In this document: in pieces, positions 56,219-64,000 of the stretch
Layout of the letters: each line of letters opens with the position of its first letter
How positions within the stretch are numbered: position 1 is the first letter of the stretch
DNA from: Macrostomum lignano
Lineage: Eukaryota
Reading direction: 5' to 3'
Length of the DNA: 64,000 bases
Assembly: GCA_002269645.1 (NCBI GenBank)
Contig: NIVC01000027.1
Span: forward strand, 310,001 to 374,000
Position numbers and translations under genes: made by a program
The notes under the pieces: model-generated
What the model was told of the DNA's origin: nothing
Databases searched by the model: none
Seen by the model: only the letters and a program-made list of their open reading frames with translations

Positions 56219-56450
56219 CTTCTCTCTTATCTCTCTCTCTTCTCTCCTCTCCTTTCTCTCCTCTCCTCTATCTTCTCTTCTCTCTTCTCCCTTCTCACCT
56301 CTCCTCTACATTCTCTCCTGATCTCCTCTTCCTTTCCCTTCTCTCATCTACCTTCTCTCCTCTCTCCTCTCCCTTCTCCTCTCTTTTCTCTACTTCTCTC
56401 TCCCCTCCTCTCCTCTTCTCTATTCCGTCTCCTCTCTCCCCTCCTCTAGC
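56219..56450. repeat. CT-rich low-complexity tract
   Basis: Direct reading. Confidence 0.85.
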
Positions 56451-56882
56451 TAGATTCTTCATCTGGCTGTTCAGGTAAAAAAGTTTTCCAACCCTTGGCA
56501 TATAGAGATATGGGTATAGAAAAATCCCGGGATGGTTTTCGTCTCAACCCAACCGTATCAAAAACAATTGCGTGATAAAAAAGAAATAGCGATCAGTTTG
56601 GATAACCCTCCAATGAACGTCAAAGCTTTCATAAATATGAAACAATAAACCATTTTTGAGCCATCTCTGTGGTGTTCTCTTTCAAAACAACGAATTTCTA
56701 TGAAATTTTGTTTGAAATATTTAATTCCCTAACTGTAGCAAGCAAGAGCTGGTATTATAGTCGAGAATTTTCAGCTATTGATTTTAATAATTTCAGATGC
56801 GATATTTTGCGTGTTACTATGCGATCGACTGTTAAGGTGAATGCGAAACTGTCGCTGGATGCTACAGGCTCTTGCTCACGCC

Positions 56883-58115
56883 TCAGCCAACATAGGCACG
56901 TCGGACTGCGAGACGCATTAGCGGATCAATGTACACCTCAGCCAGCTGCCTAGACAAAGTGTTGTGCTCGCAAATCCATTCACCATGGGCTCGTTGATAA
57001 AATAGCCTTCTGTTTGCCAGGTATTGCAGTCTATAAAATGCAAATGATTGAAAGCAGCTGGCTACTTTGATAGGCGGCAGGTGGCTTTTTGCTGACAGGT
57101 TGGCCATGACGTGATTGTAGTGAACTGTAGGCAGCTTGCGTTCCTCTCCAAACTGCTTGTTATTGTAAAATGTCAGCGAGCAGGGGTCCTGCAGCTCATT
57201 GGACTCGCTAAGCGTGTTAGCGCACAGCTGATGCAGCTGAGGTCTGCTCGCAAAGTAATAGAGTCCTTGAGCAATGTTGTCCAGGTTCCATCTGGCGGCA
57301 ATTAGAAGAGGTATTTGAGCATTCAGATGCATGCTTAATAATCATTCGAACTCCCAATCGGCCAGATGTTCAGAGCTCTGCACATAATGGGGCGATAAAC
57401 TTTTGACTCTGACTATAGGGATTCTTTTCACACTCCTTTCCTACTACTCTTTAGTAGGCGATGCCTATAATAACGCTCGAAAGTAGTGCCAAAAATTATT
57501 ATTTAATGCAACTAACTGATGCATAGTTTAAACAAAAACAGCGTTGTACTAGCATTGGTCAGAATAGACTTTACAACGCTGATACCTGAACGCTGGCAGG
57601 CCGCATCATCCACGCCGAAGAGAACTGCTTGTAGCCGAAGCAGGTGCTGCTGCTACCTCTTCAGGCACTCTATTGAATAGGACTGGCGCGCACTTGGAGC
57701 TTCGTCAACTGCCTGCTAGCTTGATGCTATATAGCGTCCCAGATTCGGTTGCATCCTACCCTAGAGACCCACCCTATAACGATGATTTGTTGTATTAGAC
57801 CTAAAGCTGACAGAGTGTTAAATTGTCGTTGTCTTAAGACAATTAATTGAATCTCTTATTAGTAATGTTGAGTCTTCTTAATCAATAAAAGTCATCAAAT
57901 AAACTAGAAATTCACCTTTTCCAGGCAACATCAGCATCTAGCACTAGCAACAGAGTGGGGCCCATCGGTGCCAGATGCCTATAAGTGTAGTCCAGATACT
58001 GGTTGCGCAGGGCGGACATGATGAGGCCTCTGTCAATCTCTTCCGCTACGGTGCGCTTCACCAACAATCCGGGTTGATGACTGCGACGGGTGCTGGCGTA
58101 TCTGCAGCAGTGCAA
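56883..58115 (-). pseudogene. Degenerate coding-like remnant, unidentified
   Basis: Protein-like minus-strand frames (56883-57332, ~57590-57740, 57912-58115) interrupted by stops, with donor-like ends (tcag|gtatc, aaag|gtgaa). No family recognised. Confidence 0.25.
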
Positions 58116-58157
58116 TTGAGGATGAGGTAATATGTGCGCTGTAACGGTCAGTTCAAT

Positions 58158-58380
58158 GGGGGGCCGTAGCCCAGCGGTAGCGCAGCTGCTCTGGTGTGCC
58201 GCGACCCAGGCTCGATTCCAAGTGCAGCCACATTAATTTGGGGCTGAATTAGAATTTCGGCTTGGCTCGCTTGTGCAATTAACGGCCTTGAGAACCAACC
58301 CCCCAAGGCGCAGTGAAGTGTACATGCCTAACAATTGATAAAGTTAGGGCCGCTGTACACTCCTGTGTGAGTGTGTGCCT
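58158..58380 (+). mobile_element. tRNA-derived SINE, most complete copy in the window
   Basis: Head ggggccgtagcccagcggtagcgc (A-box-like) plus ggctcgattcc (B-box-like); body shared with 47555-47760. Confidence 0.82.
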
Positions 58381-59267
58381 GCGTAACGTATCCGCGCGCT
58401 TGTATGCCTGCTCAGGGGAGTCGGCGGAATGGGCAGTAATGCCTCTCGCCGGTTGTGAGCCTATGTCGCTTAAAGTGCGCCAGGGTGCACACAACCCCCC
58501 TGCCTCTAATAAAAAAACGGTCAGTTCAGGTCGATCAAATACTCGTATTCGGTGTTTTTGAGCACTGGAGATTGTCAAGAGACGTCAAACTGTGAGCTGC
58601 GGGTGTCAAATCAAAGATGATACCCGGGGAAAGACCAACGGTTGGTGTTGGCGTCACTGATGCTGAGGCGCTTCAAATAGGCGCATCGCCCCAAACGAAA
58701 ACTAAGCATATGACGAGCAAGGTTACGTCTATGGAACAATGTAAAGCAGAGATCGTGTAGGTTCAGTGATAAATAGAATAAGTCACAGCACACACTTGGC
58801 ATTCAACAAGCACGGTTCAGGTGAGTTGACGCGGCCGCAGCCCAGCAGGCGCACCGTCGGGTCGCGTTTGCCAATGCTGTGCAGCAGTACTCGCGTGGTG
58901 TCAATGGAGTCGCTTTCCACAGCTACGATCCACGATCTGTGGAGTACGATCGAGTTAGTGACATCTGTACTAGGCAAAATACAAAAACATTTACATTAAA
59001 TTACATTTTGTCATGTGTGCAACCAAGGGCACAGCTTCTACAATTACGTGTTGCATCCGAGGGAAGCGTATAGTATGTACAGTTTGTACGGAGTACAACT
59101 TTAACACAGATGGGACCGCAAGCTGGCACCCTGTATTTCGAATCCCAGCTCAAAGTTGTTACTGAGAAACAACTTACAAAGTTGTTGTGAGAATTACAGA
59201 ATTACTGTGAGAATTACTCGGAATCATAGTACAGTAAACAGTCCAACTAGAGTCCAGATGTAGAGAG

Positions 59268-59425
59268 AGAGCAGCTTAGCGGAAAAACGCGTCTGAACCT
59301 TTGCGCCACAGCCCCTGGTTCGATTCTCCGTAAGTAGCCACATGCATTTGGAACTTGCGCACAAAATTGACCGGTGGGTTGTTGTGCGATTCATAGTTAG
59401 TCATGAAGGTCAACCCCCAAGGCAA
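59268..59425 (+). mobile_element. Diverged SINE copy interrupted by the Maverick insertion
   Basis: B-box cctggttcgattc; ends at the conserved SINE motif caacccccaaggca, after which SINE similarity stops abruptly. Confidence 0.6.
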
Positions 59426-59487
59426 AGAGAGTAGAAGGCATGAGGGGGCTTTTGGGACAAAATTTTTCACGTCCCCCAGAATCCACC

Positions 59488-59686
59488 TAAATCCATCCAT
59501 ATTATCCCCGACAGAATCAGAAAAAAGGGGGGGTCGCACTCGCTCACAAAACGTCCTCCATAATCCCATTAAATCCATCCATATTATCCCTGACAGAATC
59601 ATGAAAAAGGGGAGGGGCCGCACTTGCTCTGAAAACTTCGAACATAATCCTATTAAATCCATCCATATTATCCCCGACAGAATCAG
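59488..59686. repeat. Subterminal repeats of the putative TIR (3 x taaatccatccatattatcccYgacagaatca, ~82-85-bp period)
   Basis: Direct reading. Confidence 0.85.
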
Positions 59687-59881
59687 ACAGTGGACACCTG
59701 TTATGCTCACTGACACTGACATCATCCACCGACATCCACCCATAACATTTCTAAAACAATCAGAAAATAATCTGCATTCTTCTCCCCACATTCAATCCGC
59801 AACGTGCTACCACATCCCTAAGACTTTAAATCATCAGCGCAGGGGTCCTCACCCTTTAAAAAAATTAAATTCTCAATAAAA

Positions 59882-60121
59882 ATGTTTCCAGTTGTCTCTC
59901 CAGGTTCTTATTACAAAGCGCACGAGCCTAATTACAAGAGTAAGTACCGATGCAAACTTGAATGCAGCGAGTACATGAGAAAATATTGGCCCAACGTTGA
60001 TATCAATGTCCCTAATATTAATCTAGCTCTCCAAAGACATTGGTTTCATAAGTATGGAGTAACCTATGTAAAAGATTATGACAGCTACTATAACTTTGCA
60101 GAAATCATTAGGCAATTGTGA
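59882..60121 (+). CDS. Small element ORF, possibly an RNase T2-like derivative
   Basis: 79 aa, aaaaATG context; MRKYWPNV...PN...RHWFHKYG resembles the T2 CAS II region. Confidence 0.45.
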   Translation: MFPVVSPGSYYKAHEPNYKSKYRCKLECSEYMRKYWPNVDINVPNINLALQRHWFHKYGVTYVKDYDSYYNFAEIIRQL

Positions 60122-60706
60122 TTTCTTACATTCTCTCAATGATTAACGTCAATACAAACTCTTCACCGTTGAAATCAACGCCCATCCATCTTCAGTCTCA
60201 AACTGTAGCACAATCTCGTGAATCTCCTTATTACTCAATACAACTCTTTTCACTGGATTTGGTTTCTCTACCACCATCTGTCCTCCAGCAACAGAGGTTA
60301 GGGTTAGGAAAAAACTACTTATAGTAAATGGTGAGTGTTTTATTGCGTCAAATATCTGTCAGCTGACGGAAATTTGCAGAAACGCGGCAAATTTCCGTCA
60401 GCTAGTCAGAATTCTGACAGAAAGGAATGCAATCCTTTGTGTGGCTGCCCTCACCCTTTGTGCACCAAATTTCATTCCTCCGTACAATCTCTATTATTCT
60501 CAAAAGGGAACTTCCCTTCTACTCCCTTCCCTTCTCTTCCTTCTCTTCCTTCTCTCCCTTCCCTTCCTCCCTTCTAAACACTATAGGAACAAATTTCTCT
60601 TCCCTTCTCAAAAGGGGAAGCTATGTTTCTGCAGCCATATATATTGGGTAGATTTTTTAATCACTCAGCTTTCGCCGCGCTTCCTCACAAAAAAATTCAC
60701 TAGAAA

Positions 60707-61138
60707 ATGTCTGGCCTTGCCACAGTTAGAGCTAGGAGAGCTACGGCGCAGATGACGGCTGTGGTTTATAGAAATGTCTTAACAACCCTAAAGCCCGAAA
60801 CTTTATTCAATCAAATGGACGACCAAGTTCTCGTAGACGCTTCAGAAGAAGTGCTAAAGAAGACTGAAAGGTTTATCCAAAATTTAAGACGATTTAAACA
60901 ACAACTAGCACGCCAAAGAAACTATGACGAGCAAGAAGCAGTCGCTCTGCAGACTCGCAACATCCGCAACATTGAGTTGCCACAGCCACCGCCACCATAC
61001 CAAGAAGTTCAAGCTCAAGCTCAAGCTCAACCTGAAGCTCAACCTGAAGCTCAAGCTCAAGCTCAACCTCAAGCTCAACCTGAAGCTCAAGCTCAACCTC
61101 AAGGCAACCAACGGTCGCGAATTCCCCGGCGAATCTAA
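60707..61138 (+). CDS. Element ORF, 143 aa; probable coiled coil + PPPPY motif + QAQPEA repeats
   Basis: gaaaATG context; biased, protein-like composition. Confidence 0.7.
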   Translation: MSGLATVRARRATAQMTAVVYRNVLTTLKPETLFNQMDDQVLVDASEEVLKKTERFIQNLRRFKQQLARQRNYDEQEAVALQTRNIRNIELPQPPPPYQEVQAQAQAQPEAQPEAQAQAQPQAQPEAQAQPQGNQRSRIPRRI

Positions 61139-61263
61139 AATAGCGCGCGACAAAAAATTAATAAACTGACTTATTATTCTACTTGTGTGTGGCGTGTTTT
61201 CACACAAAAAATACAAATACCATCTTTTTGAACACATGTTGACTCACTTGAGTCACTTTTACC

Positions 61264-61455
61264 ATGTTTAGATTGAAAATATTTTTGTTGTCAATTTTTT
61301 TCATTATTGAAGCAGAATATAAAAAATATTATAGATATGAAGGAGAAGGAATTCTAGATTTTTTAACTTCTGCAGAAAATTTAGTTAAAGATAATCTAAT
61401 AGCTCAAGCTGGTTCAGGTGTTGGATCAATTGCAACACTATTAAAGGGTCAATAG
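61264..61455 (+). CDS. Small element ORF, 63 aa; hydrophobic N-terminus and GEGILDFL motif
   Basis: ATG start; lies between other element ORFs. Confidence 0.45.
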   Translation: MFRLKIFLLSIFFIIEAEYKKYYRYEGEGILDFLTSAENLVKDNLIAQAGSGVGSIATLLKGQ

Positions 61456-61709
61456 ATGCTGCAAGATCTGCAAACGGTGCAAATGGTTGTTGTGAACCGC
61501 TATGTTTTAATAACTGTCGGATTTTTTTTTGCTCAACAGAAACTGTCGGAAAACTGCCTCAAATACAGACAAACTCAACCTGTCTGTATTTGACGATGTG
61601 TGCATTGACGATGTACGCAGTCTCTATTTGGCGTGTGCAATGCAAATCCCCCTCCCGGTTCTCTCTTCTCCAAAACAGCCGCCAATCCAGCTGAATTTTC
61701 TTGCTTGAC

Positions 61710-62159
61710 TCATTCTGCTCTCTCAACCCCCAGCTCTTTCAGCAGTCTTCCTAATTCTTTACTTGGAGCGTGCAATGCAAAGCCCGCCCCCAAACAGCCG
61801 CCGACCCCCAACCCCAACTTTGTCTTACCAAAAATAACAGCTTTAACTAGCTTCCGAGCGATCGATTCCTTCCACCCGCTTGAAGCCCCTATATTGTCTA
61901 GTCTTCTAAGCATTTCTTTGTCCCAGCGATTCTTCTCCTCAGGAAAATCTCTATATTTAACATCGTGCCACATGCAGACAGAGTCTAGCTCGTTCACAGG
62001 CTCGTGCCCAGGATTTGGATTATTGTTTTTATCCAACTGAATTTCAAGTGGATTCAAAGGCCCGCAATATTTATAGCCGGGAAGTGTCCAGCCTTTGTTT
62101 GGATGAGGAAGCTTTTCTATCAGTCCATGTGAATCTAACTTACCACCAGAGCGTTGCAT
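61710..62159 (-). CDS. Parvovirus VP1u-type phospholipase A2 (PLA2X-like)
   Basis: GWTLPGYKYCGPLN (Ca-binding-loop-like), EPVNELDSVCMWHDVKY (catalytic HD..Y) and RWDKEM (second Asp) match parvoviral LPGYKYLGPGN...EPVN..D..A..HD..Y...AD. Open 149-aa frame. Confidence 0.88.
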   Translation of the reverse strand: MQRSGGKLDSHGLIEKLPHPNKGWTLPGYKYCGPLNPLEIQLDKNNNPNPGHEPVNELDSVCMWHDVKYRDFPEEKNRWDKEMLRRLDNIGASSGWKESIARKLVKAVIFGKTKLGLGVGGCLGAGFALHAPSKELGRLLKELGVERAE

Positions 62160-62189
62160 TATTTTATTTTAAATTTTCTTTTTAAAAAA

Positions 62190-63170
62190 ATGACAGATCA
62201 GAAACTTAAAAAACTCAACTACAGCGACAAAGGATTCTTTGTAGGAAAAAATGCAGTCACCAAACTCGCAGAACTAAGTGAGGAACCAAAAGGTAAAGTA
62301 GAAAAGTGGCTCTCTAAGCAAGCAGTCTACCAAGTCTATTTCCCACCAGTAAAATTTACAAGACCTCACTTTAGCATCTATAAACCTAATGAAGCGCACC
62401 AAGCAGATCTTTTGTTTCTCCCCAACGACTCAGGCTACAAGTATGCTCTTACAATTACAGACGTTGCCTCCAGATATAAGGAAGCGAGACCGCTTAAGAC
62501 GAAGAAGTCAGAAGCAGTTGCAGCCGCCCTCCAAGATATTTATAAAAACTCTCCGCTCACATACCCCCAAATCTTTATGACCGACCCGGGTAAAGAATTC
62601 TTTGGGGCAGTGAAATCACTTCTACATAAGTATGACGCAGAACTGAGCTCCACAGAGATCAGGCTTTTGTGGAAAGATTCAATCTAACTCTAGCCAAGAG
62701 GCTATTCACTAAGCAGACAGCTGAAGAGCTGAAAATAAAAAAGTGGTCAGTACTATTCAAAATAGACAGACCGCCTCCCCACTGTTATAGAGCAACTGAA
62801 CAATGAAGTCACACGCATGACTGGATTGAAACCGTCCCATGCAATTAAACAAGACACTGTCGAACTTAAATCATCTCATAGAACAGACACCTCGAACTAC
62901 CCTAAGCTTCCAGGAGTTGAATCACCATACATACTGACAAACTCTGAGTTTCTACGCTTTTTATATCTACCTGGAGAGCTAGAGAAGGACACTAAAAGAA
63001 GAGCTACAGATCCATACTTCAGCCTTGATGTACATAAAATAGACAGACATTTTACATCCGACTCCGGTGACTATTACTTTTTATCTCAGGCTTTTAACCC
63101 TAAATCCCCCACGCGGTCATTCACTAGAGCTGAACTCCTAGTGATACCAGCTGACACAGAAATTAATTAA
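62190..63170 (+). pseudogene. Polinton-type retroviral-like (rve, DDE) integrase with two frameshifts
   Basis: ATG at 62190. HQADLL, GYKYALTITDVASRY, MTDPGKEF, then a shifted frame HRDQAFVERFNLTLAKRLF, then VIEQLNNEVTRMTGLKP and RRATDPYFS. Shifts near 62640 and 62740-62785. Confidence 0.9.
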
Positions 63171-63186
63171 AATATTAAAATAAAAA

Positions 63187-63633
63187 ATGACAAAGATTGA
63201 AACCAGAACCATCAATAAACTCAATAAAATCATTGAATCAAAGAAACCAGGTCTTATATCAATTAAAGGTATCAAAGTAAAAATCGATCCCACGCAGCAA
63301 ATAGTTCAGTGTAATGAACAAAGACACAGCATCACAGATGAAAAGTCAGGAGGAATCCTACCATTAGCAGCTCTTATCCCAATCATTGCAGGCGCTGTAA
63401 GTGCCGCAGGTGGTGTAGCTGGAGGTGTAGCAACTGCTGTTAAAGCTGGTAATGATAGAGCCCACCAGCTTGAATTGCAAAAGATTGCAAGAGACAAAGG
63501 TATAACAATTAAGGCAGGAGAGGGCTGCCCCGATCGTGATGATTGTGAGCATGAAAATTCTGTAAGCAAGTCTGACATTGTCAAAGCCATCATGACACTC
63601 CACAATGCTGGGTTTACAATAATGCGCATGTGA
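63187..63633 (+). CDS. Adenovirus pX/mu-like core protein homolog
   Basis: SGGILPLAALIPIIAGAVSAAGGVAGGVATAV resembles adenoviral pX GGILPLLIPLIAAAIGAVPGIASVA (recalled); aaaaaATG context. Confidence 0.7.
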   Translation: MTKIETRTINKLNKIIESKKPGLISIKGIKVKIDPTQQIVQCNEQRHSITDEKSGGILPLAALIPIIAGAVSAAGGVAGGVATAVKAGNDRAHQLELQKIARDKGITIKAGEGCPDRDDCEHENSVSKSDIVKAIMTLHNAGFTIMRM

Positions 63634-63756
63634 TGAGGTTTAAAATCCCACTTTATCCAGCTTCATGAACCTAACGCTACTTATAGGATGTAGAAACAGT
63701 TCAACTTTTCTACCAGGGTGGTCACCCTCAATTTTTTTTATATTTTAGAGAAAAAA

Positions 63757-64000
63757 ATGCCAAAAGCCAATCCAGCAAAAGATTTAGTCAACAAATATTT
63801 TTCAAAAGGCGTCTCATTTCAAGACAAAAGTAATTTACTAAGAGAATCATGTAAACAAAAGTTTAACACCGACCCTGGTCACCTGGGAAGCTATGAAAAA
63901 CAGTTGGAAATCATCAATCAATTAGAATCCAACCAGTATGCGCCTATAAAAAATCCTGCAAAGGAACACCAAGAGAGGAGTCGCAACTTAGTTAACAAAT
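63757..64000 (+). CDS. Element ORF, partial (MPKANPAKDLVNKYFSKG...), runs off the window
   Basis: aaaaaaATG; open to the window end; not in the ORF track. Confidence 0.6.
   Translation, partial: MPKANPAKDLVNKYFSKGVSFQDKSNLLRESCKQKFNTDPGHLGSYEKQLEIINQLESNQYAPIKNPAKEHQERSRNLVNK

Larger units (their letters stand above)
59426..64000. mobile_element. Maverick/Polinton (adintovirus-like) endogenous viral element, left portion; continues beyond the window
   Basis: Begins AGAGAGTAG (Polinton-type AG terminus); subterminal repeats; compact intronless ORFs with A-rich ATG contexts; rve integrase, parvovirus-type PLA2 and pX-like protein. No pPolB, ATPase, protease or capsid gene lies within the window. 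Confidence 0.85.

Noticed and set aside
58158-58230. Functional tRNA gene
   Set aside because: The acceptor stem does not pair well, and the sequence continues into a body shared with other dispersed copies, so it is a SINE head.

Overview
Eukaryotic (metazoan) genomic DNA, very rich in tandem repeats. The minisatellite-filled introns and GC-rich exons suggest a Macrostomum-like flatworm, but this is inference and was not verified. Layout: (1) 1-11071, a nearly invariant 118-bp satellite array (~94 copies, probably continuing upstream). (2) 11.1-14.5 kb, non-coding DNA with two diverged ~0.6-kb direct copies flanking a perfect 15-bp array. (3) 14.6-18.3 kb (-), an intronless, disrupted TRP-channel gene joining many ankyrin repeats to a TRPM-like membrane domain. 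(4) ~20.6-53.6 kb (-), an apparently intact scribble/LAP4 gene (LRRs plus 4 PDZ). I traced 17 GT-AG exons in frame by hand (1388 codons), and almost every intron carries its own minisatellite. (5) 54-59.4 kb, a foldback remnant, a compact AP-1/CArG/E-box/TATA promoter-like module, degenerate coding remnants and tRNA-derived SINEs. (6) 59426 to the window end, the left part of a Maverick/Polinton (adintovirus-like) endogenous element inserted into a SINE. It carries a frameshifted rve integrase, a parvovirus-type phospholipase A2, an adenovirus pX/mu-like core protein, a PPxY-bearing ORF and a possible RNase T2-like ORF. All homology calls come from recalled motifs; no database search was run.
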